Source: Spirochaetota bacterium
GTDB taxonomy: Bacteria > Spirochaetota > Spirochaetia > Treponematales > Treponemataceae
Length of the DNA: 64,000 nucleotides
NCBI GenBank assembly: GCA_023398165.1
Contig: JAEWSQ010000018.1
Location: forward strand, 4,581-68,580
Direction: 5' to 3'
The notes under the pieces are model-generated. The model was given only the letters and a program-made list of their open reading frames with translations. It was not told where the DNA came from and did not search any database. Position numbers and translations under genes: made by a program. How positions within the stretch are numbered: position 1 is the first letter of the stretch; the number at the start of each line of letters is the position of its first letter. Shown in pieces: positions 11,909 through 20,467 of the stretch.

Positions 11909-12034
11909 CCGTCCAGCAAGCCGGACATCGGAGAGAGTTTATCAGCTTATTTACAAGCTTGCCTTATACTAGCACGCAGAACTATTTTTGTCAATATTTT
12001 TTAAAAAATATTATTTTTTTTTAATGTGACTAAG

Positions 12035-14689
12035 TCACAGTTGGAACTTCACCCCGAATGAAGGGAGCGGAACCCATCCCATATCGACTTTGAACATACC
12101 TTCTCCAATAACCCAGCCGCTTGATTCGTATTCAAGTCCTGCCTTTGCGCTCTGTTCCGTTTTCTTCTTTTCTGATATAAAACCAAGAAGATTCTCCACT
12201 GCTATATACCATTCCCATGTCTTTTTAGGATTCTTAAAAGTCCCTTTACGGCTGAAGCGGACATCAATCGGCCAGTCTGCATAATGGCGGTCAGTATCGC
12301 TATAGATGCGGATTTTACCGGACGTATCAAGATTGGGATCTGAATATGTTCCGCTCATCATTTCTTCCTCCTTATCTATAACTGACTTACACAGTGCTCC
12401 TGTTGCATATGACGCTCCGAGCGTGAGCGTCATATCCTTAGGAAGAAAGAAATCAAGCACAGCATGAAAGGTATGAAAACGGTGGTATGACGGATAATAC
12501 CAGAGCCCTAAGGGGTCTCCCGTTGTAGTTGTCTGGGTATCATACTGTGGTAATGACGGATTATAAAAACGTGCATACAGAAAAGAATAACTTACATAAC
12601 CTGAAAACCATGAAGAAATCTTTTTTTCGACCATGAGGTCGGCACCTGCTGTATATCCCTGTCCGTCCGAACGGGTATACCAGACCGTACTGTTTAAATC
12701 CCTCTCATCTGCAAACACGTACATACGGCTCAGGTAGTATTTATAATACCCTTCAAGAGTCAGTTTAAAATCCTCATCCAATTCGAGACGGGTTCCAAGA
12801 ACAGAAGTCCATGCGGTGTCGGGTACAAGGGAGGAAGATAGAAAGCTGTCTTTTTGGATGCTTTTTGCAGCCTCTGACAGAGCTGAATACAAGCCGCTTC
12901 CGGCGCTCAATGACAGGCGGGAAAGCATTCCTTTGTTTTGTAAAGGGGTATATACAACCCGGGCGCGGGGATTTACAGAAGGAATTGAGTTCATGTCAAA
13001 ATTTGCTTCTTTATTCCACAGGTAATAATGCTCAGCGCGGAGTCCAAGTTCTCCTTCAAACAGGGAGGAATTTGAGCCGAATGCCCACAAGGCAAAAAGA
13101 GACGAATCAGTGGTATTATTAAGAGGAGTGAAAGACTGATTTACATGAAGTAACTCAAGAACTTGCTCTAGATTTCCATATTCATCTTTAGTATATTTAA
13201 CATCCATCTGCAGCCAGTGACTGCTTTTCATATACGTTTTATACACTTCTTCCAGACCGAAAGATAAAATACTGTTAGAGGCAAGAGAAATATCGGTCTG
13301 AGCTTTACCCTGTACTTGTTGAAGTATTTTGTTTTCCTCCGTTTTATATTCAGTCTCGGAATAACCTCTAACCCCGGTAATTATATCATTTCCGTCATGA
13401 TCAGATTCGCTTGATATACCAAATATATATTCATAAAACCGGTTATCCGTTACTTCGGAGTGAATTGCATAAGAACCCAGAATGTTAACAAAAGAAGAAC
13501 GGGAGGGCAGCCATCTAACATTGAGCGAGTTGTAAGCCTGCATATTTGTATACTGTATACTGTCAATAGTGGCATAAGGATAATACCGGAAAGAAGAAGC
13601 AAACGGATCAATTACTGAGGTATCCTCATACGAATCTGTCACTTTAGTTTCTATAGCCAGTTTAGACCCGTCCATGGCGAACAAAGCTTGAACAGCAAGA
13701 GATAAATCCGGGACGGGAGTAAATTCCCACTTGCCGTATACAGAATAGATATACGGCATGCGTTTAAATAAGTCTGCTATACGCTTAACACCAGCGAGTG
13801 ATTCCTTATCATCCTTATACAGAGCGTTGAGAAAGCCCCTTGCCAGCCATTTGATGGAAGAGAGATCCGTTGCATGGGCATAGAGAAATAACTTATTCTT
13901 ATCTCCAAGAGGTAGCTCAATAGCCGCATCTGCCGAAATAGTTGAAATGTTGAAAGTGAGCTTTTTTGCATCTCCGATATTCGCGCTTGAGGTGTCAAGC
14001 AAACCGGATGTCCCCTGCCCGTATCTTGCAGAAAAGATTCCCGTAGAAAGTTTTACAGAGTCAACCATATAGGGACTTAAGATCGACACCATGCCGTCCC
14101 AGAAAAAAGGCTCTATGAGGTACATACCGTCAAAGGTAACCCCCATTTCTGCAGGGTAGCCGCCCCGGATTGAAGGATCGGTATTCATGCCCAGTTTAAA
14201 TCCGACACCGGGCAAGGCAGCAACAGCGGTCATAACATCGGCAATAATGCCGATTTGGGCTGTTGTTTTCAGTTCTTCGCTGGTTCTTACTATCGCTACA
14301 CCGGGTTTTTCTTCTATCTTCCCTTTGCGTTCGCCTTCGACAACAAGTTCCTCACCTTCGAGCACGGTATCTAATACCATAGTGATAACTAAGGGATTTT
14401 CTTTTGTGGAGGAAAAACCTGATGACTTTATTTCAGCAGCAGTGACTGCATACCCCGGAGTTGCACAGAGGATTGTAAGCGGAAATACAATGTTGTCGGG
14501 AAGCGATAGTATTGCATTACCGTCAGTATCCGTTAGCGTTTTAGCCTGAGGAAGGTTCTTAACATACACATACACGCCCTCAAGCGGAATATCCAAGTCG
14601 CCGTCTTTGACAAGAAGGGGGAGTTCGAGGGCTTGTAGAGAGAAAGTATAGAAAATGAAACAGTAAACAAGGACTTTTCTTAATGACAT
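12035..14689 (-). CDS. TonB-dependent-receptor-like outer-membrane protein with an N-terminal carboxypeptidase-regulatory-like domain
   Basis: Signal peptide MSLRKVLVYCFIFYTFSLQA, then a plug-like segment (DPSIRGGYPAEMGVTFDGMYL...SARYGQGTSG), then a long beta-strand-rich C-terminal region. The ATG at 14689 has GGAG 6 nt upstream. The track start at 14701 is a TTG. Confidence 0.75.
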   Translation of the reverse strand: MSLRKVLVYCFIFYTFSLQALELPLLVKDGDLDIPLEGVYVYVKNLPQAKTLTDTDGNAILSLPDNIVFPLTILCATPGYAVTAAEIKSSGFSSTKENPLVITMVLDTVLEGEELVVEGERKGKIEEKPGVAIVRTSEELKTTAQIGIIADVMTAVAALPGVGFKLGMNTDPSIRGGYPAEMGVTFDGMYLIEPFFWDGMVSILSPYMVDSVKLSTGIFSARYGQGTSGLLDTSSANIGDAKKLTFNISTISADAAIELPLGDKNKLFLYAHATDLSSIKWLARGFLNALYKDDKESLAGVKRIADLFKRMPYIYSVYGKWEFTPVPDLSLAVQALFAMDGSKLAIETKVTDSYEDTSVIDPFASSFRYYPYATIDSIQYTNMQAYNSLNVRWLPSRSSFVNILGSYAIHSEVTDNRFYEYIFGISSESDHDGNDIITGVRGYSETEYKTEENKILQQVQGKAQTDISLASNSILSFGLEEVYKTYMKSSHWLQMDVKYTKDEYGNLEQVLELLHVNQSFTPLNNTTDSSLFALWAFGSNSSLFEGELGLRAEHYYLWNKEANFDMNSIPSVNPRARVVYTPLQNKGMLSRLSLSAGSGLYSALSEAAKSIQKDSFLSSSLVPDTAWTSVLGTRLELDEDFKLTLEGYYKYYLSRMYVFADERDLNSTVWYTRSDGQGYTAGADLMVEKKISSWFSGYVSYSFLYARFYNPSLPQYDTQTTTTGDPLGLWYYPSYHRFHTFHAVLDFFLPKDMTLTLGASYATGALCKSVIDKEEEMMSGTYSDPNLDTSGKIRIYSDTDRHYADWPIDVRFSRKGTFKNPKKTWEWYIAVENLLGFISEKKKTEQSAKAGLEYESSGWVIGEGMFKVDMGWVPLPSFGVKFQL

Positions 14690-14819
14690 AATACACTCCA
14701 AGACTCATATTACATATATGTTTTTACGGTAAAAAAATAATCCACCCAGTTTCTATATAACAAAGGAACTACAAAAAACCTATTAAACAGCAAGACAGGA
14801 ATCAATTTAACTTACAGAA

Positions 14820-14849
14820 GTCAAGAATTTAACATTATAAATTCTTGAC
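14820..14849. repeat. Perfect 12-bp inverted repeat with a 6-nt loop
   Basis: GTCAAGAATTTA (14820-14831) and TAAATTCTTGAC (14838-14849). It lies 11 nt downstream of the 14860 stop and about 130 nt upstream of the receptor gene start. Confidence 0.8.
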
Positions 14850-14859
14850 GTTCCATTTC

Positions 14860-15321
14860 TTACCAGTTTATCCTAAAAAAGAGGCTTCCAGATTCTATCC
14901 ATGTTAAATTTATTTTCCAATCCCACCATCCAATACTAAAATCTTCAGGCTGTATTCTCTTGATAGAAGAGCCAAAAAAATCGTCAGTTACGAATGGGCC
15001 GCGATATTCTGATTGTCCTACTGCCTTCATGTACATAGAACATCTAACACGCCCCGTAGGAGTCGTTATTCGACCTTCTATATAGGGCTTACTCCTACAC
15101 CAAATCCAACCATGATAATATGGTTCCTCCGCGCCTGCATTGCGGTAAAGTGAATCAGTATAATCCCAACTCTCTCTGCTTTGCTTTAATGGTCCTTCCG
15201 CTTTTTGGATTGACACAGTAATACAACGCGTTCCTAGAACAGATTCATCTTCCGGCGGTCGATTTGAAATTTCATCTACATACGCAATAACTTCAGGTGA
15301 GCTATAATCCGGTTCTTCAAA
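14860..15321 (-). pseudogene. In-frame continuation of the upstream lipoprotein ORF (153 codons, Trp/Tyr-rich, unknown function)
   Basis: It shares the reading frame of 15322-15609. No stop, no ATG/GTG/TTG and no RBS occurs between the TGA (15322-15324) and the GTG at 15216 that the track uses as a start. Confidence 0.5.
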
Positions 15322-15609
15322 TCAGCAAAAAGGATCATTAACCCTATCTAAAACAGAAGCTGCATCACCGGAGATTTGGGCTACTTTAACGGATTCGTTA
15401 CCCTCTACATACTTTTGCGCAGTTACTTCCTGTGCTGTACAAGATCGAATGGCATCATTACCTTCGAGAGATGATAATTCCCAGCCATTTATCTTTATTA
15501 CTTCTTGATCATTCTTTATTTGATAAGCAAGATTACAGCCTGTGGACAAAACTCCTGCGAGAATTGCACAAACAAAAACTGTTGTAACTTTTTTGGATAA
15601 CACTCTCAT
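15322..15609 (-). CDS. Small lipoprotein (95 aa) ending at a TGA that is followed by 153 in-frame sense codons
   Basis: MRVLSKKVTTVFVCAILAGVLSTGC carries a lipobox (LSTGC). AGGAGAG RBS lies 6 nt upstream of the ATG at 15609. The longer track start at 15651 lacks an RBS. Confidence 0.7.
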   Translation of the reverse strand: MRVLSKKVTTVFVCAILAGVLSTGCNLAYQIKNDQEVIKINGWELSSLEGNDAIRSCTAQEVTAQKYVEGNESVKVAQISGDAASVLDRVNDPFC

Positions 15610-15677
15610 GTTTATCTCTCCTGCAAAAAATACTATAACACCAAAAGGCATTATTTTACTTATTCATGGAGAGTTTT

Positions 15678-15713
15678 ATGGAAATGGAAATGGAAATGGA
15701 AATGGAAATGGAA
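15678..15713. repeat. Hexanucleotide microsatellite (ATGGAA)x6
   Basis: Six perfect tandem copies read directly from the sequence. It sits in the divergent intergenic region between the lipoprotein gene (minus) and the CPBP protease gene (plus). Confidence 0.98.
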
Positions 15714-15909
15714 AACAGAGCAACTCTCACAAAACTCTAATCACTAAATAAATTATGAAGCTAATAATTTTTTATGTCAAGCTTTTTTTTGAGGGGAAAG
15801 CCCTCTATAACTTATTCCTCACCCTGACTGATAATACTAATAAATTTGCCTTCTGCTTAGTTTTTCTGCTATACTTCCAGCACAGATTAACCGGAAAAGG
15901 GATTTTTAC

Positions 15910-16689
15910 ATGGAAAAAAGTTCTATACTAAAAACAGTACAGGAATTACTGCCTTTACTTATTTTAACCGCAGTTTCTACAGTCCTTGGCTATTATGGAA
16001 GTTTGTTAGCCTTATTTCTCATGCTAATTGTTTTTCTTTTCAGAAAGCATATTGAAGGCAACATTGAACTATATGCAAACAAAACGCTGCTCACTGTTTT
16101 TTGTATTGTGTATGCAATTCTTATGATGCACACACTTTTAATAAGTTTTGGAATCTATGAAGTACTCCGCCTCGACGCGGAGAATGTAAAAGTTCTCGTA
16201 AAAGCAGCCGGTGTTGTACTCAGCATTATTCTATTGAGAATTACTAATATCAGTGTGAAAAATTTTTCATGGACTTTAAGCAAAGGCCAAATCCTGGGAA
16301 CCATTACTATTGCCGCCGCCTTCATTTGTATTACCGTTGTATTCGATGGACTCAGATTTATTAATGACTTTAACGGCGATATTGCAAAATTCAGTCTCTA
16401 TGTGCTTAAAATCTTAGTCCTGGTTGCTTTTTTTGAAGAGTTTTTATGCAGGGGCATACTGATATCAGCATTGAAGGCTTACAGTCTGAGTGAATGGAAA
16501 ATAAACCTGATTCAAGCCTTTCTGTTTGGGATTCTTCATTATGCAAGGTATATAGAAAGGGGAATAGGACTTGCCCTTTTGACGACATCGTATCAGATTG
16601 TTATAGGGTACTTTTTCGGGAAGCTGTATTTTAAAACTAAGACCCTTACACCGGGAATCATTCTTCACCTCCTGTGGGATATTGTTTAA
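15910..16689 (+). CDS. CPBP-family (CAAX/Abi) intramembrane metalloprotease
   Basis: Polytopic membrane protein with the family motifs EEFLCRG, FGILHY and HLLWD. Confidence 0.85.
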   Translation: MEKSSILKTVQELLPLLILTAVSTVLGYYGSLLALFLMLIVFLFRKHIEGNIELYANKTLLTVFCIVYAILMMHTLLISFGIYEVLRLDAENVKVLVKAAGVVLSIILLRITNISVKNFSWTLSKGQILGTITIAAAFICITVVFDGLRFINDFNGDIAKFSLYVLKILVLVAFFEEFLCRGILISALKAYSLSEWKINLIQAFLFGILHYARYIERGIGLALLTTSYQIVIGYFFGKLYFKTKTLTPGIILHLLWDIV

Positions 16690-16751
16690 TTTTTTTCCCC
16701 CATACTGCTTTTTCCTCTACTGTCTGATACAATAATAGAGTGAAACTTCGT

Positions 16752-17111
16752 ATGAAAATCGGCGACATTTTCATTATCCTACTCGCGCTTGCAGTCTGCG
16801 TTTATTCCGTTATTGCTGTTAGAAACGGCACAAGGGGAGATACTATACTCACCATCGAGTCGCCGGAAGGAAAATGGAAGTATCCGCTGGACAAAGACGG
16901 GACGTATGACATACCCGGAGAAAATGGAGTTTCAGTTATCAGCATAAAGAATGGGGAGGCTTTTTTCGTTGAATCCGAATGCCCCAATAAAACCTGCGTA
17001 ATGACTCCTCCCATAAGCAAGGGAGGGGAATGGATAGGATGCCTTCCGAACCGGGTTTTCATACGGATAGAGGGCGAAGAAAAAACCGGATTTGACGCAG
17101 TCGGCTACTGA
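16752..17111 (+). CDS. NusG-domain-II-containing membrane-anchored protein
   Basis: N-terminal TM helix followed by a small beta domain with the Cys pairs CPNKTC and GCLPNRV typical of stand-alone NusG_II proteins. ATG at 16752 with GAGGTG upstream. The track start is GTG at 16740. Confidence 0.6.
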   Translation: MKIGDIFIILLALAVCVYSVIAVRNGTRGDTILTIESPEGKWKYPLDKDGTYDIPGENGVSVISIKNGEAFFVESECPNKTCVMTPPISKGGEWIGCLPNRVFIRIEGEEKTGFDAVGY

Positions 17112-17134
17112 AAAGCTGCAGTAAAAAGGAATTC

Positions 17135-18514
17135 ATGGCGAAAAAAAAACAAGGATCTGTCGTTTTTATTTGTTCAAACTGCTCATACTCTCAGCCTAAG
17201 TGGCTCGGACGCTGTCCCGAGTGCGGCGAGTGGAATACGCTTGAGGAGCACCTCGATACCGATCAATCCCCTTCTTTTGGTAAAAGCGGAATTGTACAAA
17301 AAGCAAAACCGGTTCCCCTTTCGGCAGTGCCTTTACAGGAAGGGAAAAGACTTCTTACCGGCATAGGCGAGTTTGACAGGGTACTGGGAGGCGGGGCGGT
17401 AAAACGATCGGCAGTGTTAATAGGCGGGGAGCCGGGCATCGGAAAATCGACGCTTCTCATTCAGGCGGCTTCTTCCATGAACCGGCAGATTCAAAAGGAC
17501 AACAAGGAAATTTCGAGCAAGGGAAGAGTGCTCTATGTTTCGGGCGAGGAATCTGCTTCTCAGATTAGAGCAAGAGCCGAAAGACTCGAGCTGGATGTTG
17601 CATCCATTGAGATTCTCTGCACCTCGCGCCTCGAGGACATCGAAGAGGCTTTGAATGCGGTAAATCCTGTTTTTGTAATAATCGATTCCATCCAAACCAT
17701 ATACAGCACGGAAGCAGGCATAATTCCGGGGACGGTGAATCAGTTAAAGTACTGTTCTCACGAGCTTATTTCCTGGGTCAAAGAGCGTGATTCTGTTTTA
17801 TTTTTAACTGCGCACATAACGAAGGAAGGCTCCATTGCAGGACCTAAGTCCCTTGAACACATGGTAGACACCGTTATTCTTTTTGAACGCAACGACGATG
17901 ACATCCGTTTCCTGAGGGCAAATAAAAACCGCTACGGTTCTGTCGATGAGCTTGGAATTTTTTCCATGAGCGAAAAGGGTCTTTCCCCCGTGGACGATCC
18001 CTCCTCTCTTTTTATAATCAGACGGAACGGACCTCTTCCTGCAGGCATTGCAGTTGTGCCTGTTTTTGAAGGAAGCCGTGTGTTCTTAGTCGAAATTCAG
18101 GCGCTCACCGTTCCGTCTAAAGCATCGCTCAGCCGTGTGTATTCCGATAATATTGATAATGCCCGCGTCAGCAGGATTGCGGCCGTTCTTGAAAAACGGC
18201 TGGGACTGTGTTTCAGCGATCAGGACCTCTATATTAATGTAGCAGGAGGCGTGAGACTCACCGAGAGCGCCATAGATCTTGCTCTTGCAAGCGCCCTGTA
18301 TTCTGCGCGGACTGATATACCGCTCGCTGATAAAACTGCCTTAATCGGTGAAATAAGTCTTGCAGGCGAGGTACGCCCTGTTAACAGAATTAAGCAGAGG
18401 GCGAAGGCCTGTGCAGCACTCGGATTTACACACGTTATTGCCCCGGAAAAAGAAAGCGGCATCACTGAAGTTAGCGATGTGAAAAGCCTTATCCGCACCC
18501 TTTTCAAAAAATAA
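17135..18514 (+). CDS. radA: DNA repair protein RadA/Sms
   Basis: N-terminal zinc finger CSNCSYSQPKWLGRCPECGEWNT, Walker A GEPGIGKST, RadA KNRYG motif and a Lon-like C-terminal domain. Confidence 0.95.
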   Translation: MAKKKQGSVVFICSNCSYSQPKWLGRCPECGEWNTLEEHLDTDQSPSFGKSGIVQKAKPVPLSAVPLQEGKRLLTGIGEFDRVLGGGAVKRSAVLIGGEPGIGKSTLLIQAASSMNRQIQKDNKEISSKGRVLYVSGEESASQIRARAERLELDVASIEILCTSRLEDIEEALNAVNPVFVIIDSIQTIYSTEAGIIPGTVNQLKYCSHELISWVKERDSVLFLTAHITKEGSIAGPKSLEHMVDTVILFERNDDDIRFLRANKNRYGSVDELGIFSMSEKGLSPVDDPSSLFIIRRNGPLPAGIAVVPVFEGSRVFLVEIQALTVPSKASLSRVYSDNIDNARVSRIAAVLEKRLGLCFSDQDLYINVAGGVRLTESAIDLALASALYSARTDIPLADKTALIGEISLAGEVRPVNRIKQRAKACAALGFTHVIAPEKESGITEVSDVKSLIRTLFKK

Positions 18515-18552
18515 AATCAAGCTCTTTTTTTATGTTCAATACCCATCCGGTA

Positions 18553-18561
18553 TGGTATAAT
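18553..18561 (+). promoter_or_regulatory. Extended -10 element (TGgTATAAT) 7 nt upstream of the MgtC-family start codon
   Basis: TGG at 18553-18555 plus TATAAT at 18556-18561, then the pyrimidine tract TCCTTCT, then ATG at 18569. No Shine-Dalgarno sequence. Confidence 0.45.
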
Positions 18562-18568
18562 TCCTTCT

Positions 18569-19267
18569 ATGAGTTTCTGGTCGCAATTTGCAGATACAAC
18601 AATATGTCTCTCCTACCCGGTAATCATTTTCCGTGTACTTTTAAGTTTTATAGCAGGCGCGCTCATAGGGCTTGAGCGGAAAATGAGACAGCAGCCTATC
18701 GGTATGAGAACGCTCGTTCTTATATCAGTCTCATCCACGCTTTTAATGATTCTTTCTATGAACATGGCGTATTTAAACGGAGTTGACGGAGACCCCTCCC
18801 GCATAGCTTCCCAGGTAGTGTCTGGAATCGGCTTTTTAGGAGGCGGTGCTATATTACGTCAGGGCTTGAATATTAAAGGGCTCACATCCGCCGCAATTAT
18901 ATGGGCGAGCGCGGCTATAGGCTTAGCCGTTGGAGCAGGATTATACATCCTGTCGTTTTTTGCCCTTGCAGTGTGCATCGCCTCTCTCATATTTCTTGAC
19001 AAGTTTGAGATTAAATACTTTCCGGCGGAGCGGACAAAGCACCTTGAGCTTGTTTTTAAAAACAACAGGCTCGATTTTAAAGCGCTCCATTCGGTAATTG
19101 AATCGCACGGACTTATCATTTTAAATATGGATACAGGAAAAATGATGAATGAAAAAATCTTACGCATCAGTTTTTCCGTCAGAACTCCCGACATCGTTGA
19201 TATTCTTTCGCTGAGCGAAGAAATTCAAAACATCGGGAAGCTCGAAGAAATTAACCTCACCGACTAA
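18569..19267 (+). CDS. MgtC/SapB-family membrane protein
   Basis: GALIGLERKMRQQPIGMRT and SGIGFLGGGAILR motifs, followed by a C-terminal ACT-like soluble domain. Confidence 0.85.
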   Translation: MSFWSQFADTTICLSYPVIIFRVLLSFIAGALIGLERKMRQQPIGMRTLVLISVSSTLLMILSMNMAYLNGVDGDPSRIASQVVSGIGFLGGGAILRQGLNIKGLTSAAIIWASAAIGLAVGAGLYILSFFALAVCIASLIFLDKFEIKYFPAERTKHLELVFKNNRLDFKALHSVIESHGLIILNMDTGKMMNEKILRISFSVRTPDIVDILSLSEEIQNIGKLEEINLTD

Positions 19268-19270
19268 TTT

Positions 19271-20467
19271 TTACTCTGAGGCAAGCGCCTCAACAGGATC
19301 AAGTTTTGCCGCGCGTGATGCAGGATTTAAGCCGAAGAATACGCCGACAAAGGCCGAGAAGAAAAATGCGATGAGGCAGGCTGACCACTGAACCGCGTAG
19401 GCCCAATCCATGACATACGTTGCAACGGCGCTAAGTATAAGGCCGAAAATAATGCCGAAAATACCGCCCAAAAGTGAAATGGAGGCAGACTCCACGAGGA
19501 ACTGCATTCGTATGGCGTTCGGCGTGGCTCCAAGCGCTTTTCGAATACCTATCTCCTTGCGCCGCTCGGTAACCGTAACTATCATAATATTCATAATTCC
19601 GATCCCTCCGACAAGAAGCGAAATAGCAGCTATTCCTGAAAGCAGAAGGCTGACTGTTCCCATGACTTCATCGTACTGTTCGAGCATGCTCTGCATCGAG
19701 GTAACCTGCAGAGAATTTGTCTGTCCGGTTTTAGTCTCTGCATAGGCCTTTATGATATCCACTACCTCTGTCGCGTAGCTCTGATCGGTGAGCTGAATAA
19801 CGGCCGAATTTGCAGCTGCAGAGGGTGATATTTTTTTATCATAAAAACCGCGGGGAATGAACATTGCAGAGGCAGTTGATTCAAAACCGGAACTCTGATC
19901 TTTAAGAACTCCGACCACTTCAAAACCGAAGCGGATATTCGAAATGGTTACAATAATAGTTTTTCCCACCGCGTCTCCCTGCGGGAAAAGTGAGGAAGCA
20001 ACTTCGCTTCCGATTATTATTTTCTGCATTCCTTGTACTGAATCGGATACGGTAAAAAAATCCCCGTATTCAAGCTCGAATTTATTCATTTCCAAATACC
20101 TATACTCTATTGCAGTAATCGAAGAAGATACACTAACATCGCCGTAGACAGCTGTTCCTGAGAGTGAATTAGTATAATAAATGCCTTTCAGGTGCGGAAT
20201 AGCATCCCACAGTTCCGTACGGAAGTCTTCGGTAAATGTGATGCTCGAACCTGTTGAAACTCTTCTGTTCGCAAACCCCGTATTTAGACGCACTATATCG
20301 AGCCCTGAGGAACCGAATGTACCCTTAATGTTCTGGGTAGCGCTCTGCCCCAGTGTCGTTATTATTATTACTGATGCAACACCGATAATGACGCCGAGAA
20401 GAGAAAGAATTGTCCGTGTTTTATTCAGCCTGAAATTCTGTAAGGCGTTATATAAGTCTTCAAACAT
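19271..20467 (-). CDS. ABC efflux permease (MacB/FtsX family)
   Basis: N-terminal TM helix, large periplasmic domain and a C-terminal FtsX-like 3-TM bundle (RRKEIGIRKALGA). The probable start ATG at 20467 overlaps the upstream stop (ATGTTTGA). The track start is 20503. Confidence 0.88.
   Translation of the reverse strand: MFEDLYNALQNFRLNKTRTILSLLGVIIGVASVIIITTLGQSATQNIKGTFGSSGLDIVRLNTGFANRRVSTGSSITFTEDFRTELWDAIPHLKGIYYTNSLSGTAVYGDVSVSSSITAIEYRYLEMNKFELEYGDFFTVSDSVQGMQKIIIGSEVASSLFPQGDAVGKTIIVTISNIRFGFEVVGVLKDQSSGFESTASAMFIPRGFYDKKISPSAAANSAVIQLTDQSYATEVVDIIKAYAETKTGQTNSLQVTSMQSMLEQYDEVMGTVSLLLSGIAAISLLVGGIGIMNIMIVTVTERRKEIGIRKALGATPNAIRMQFLVESASISLLGGIFGIIFGLILSAVATYVMDWAYAVQWSACLIAFFFSAFVGVFFGLNPASRAAKLDPVEALASE

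Noticed and set aside
11993-12012. A perfect 20-nt palindrome AATATTTTTTAAAAAATATT, followed by a T9 run (12014-12022).
   Set aside because: It is composed purely of A and T in an AT-rich 3' untranslated spacer. It would form only a very weak hairpin, so it is probably a compositional artefact.
15322-15324. Selenocysteine (TGA at 15322) or pyrrolysine (TAG at 42520) recoding as the explanation for the two in-frame stops.
   Set aside because: I see no stable SECIS-like hairpin in the ~50 nt following the TGA. Pyl decoding needs pylTSBCD, which is not present in this window and which, as far as I know, has not been reported in spirochaetes. Other genes here terminate normally at TGA and TAG. 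Nonsense mutation or sequencing error is more parsimonious, but only a genome-wide check can exclude recoding.
15542-15751. A plus-strand ORF reading the hexamer repeat as (Gly-Asn)n.
   Set aside because: Its first 110 nt are antisense to the lipoprotein gene and it starts at a non-ATG codon without an RBS. The repeat is better explained as an intergenic microsatellite, or by the SD-preceded (Met-Glu)6 frame discussed in the findings.
17142-17150. An A9 homopolymer in codons 3-5 of radA (MAKKKQ) as a possible slippage-based phase switch.
   Set aside because: Lys-rich N-termini encoded by A-runs are common in this AT-leaning genome (rpmG and rplK show the same). Nine A residues is short for efficient slippage and radA is a core gene. 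It is worth only a glance in read data.
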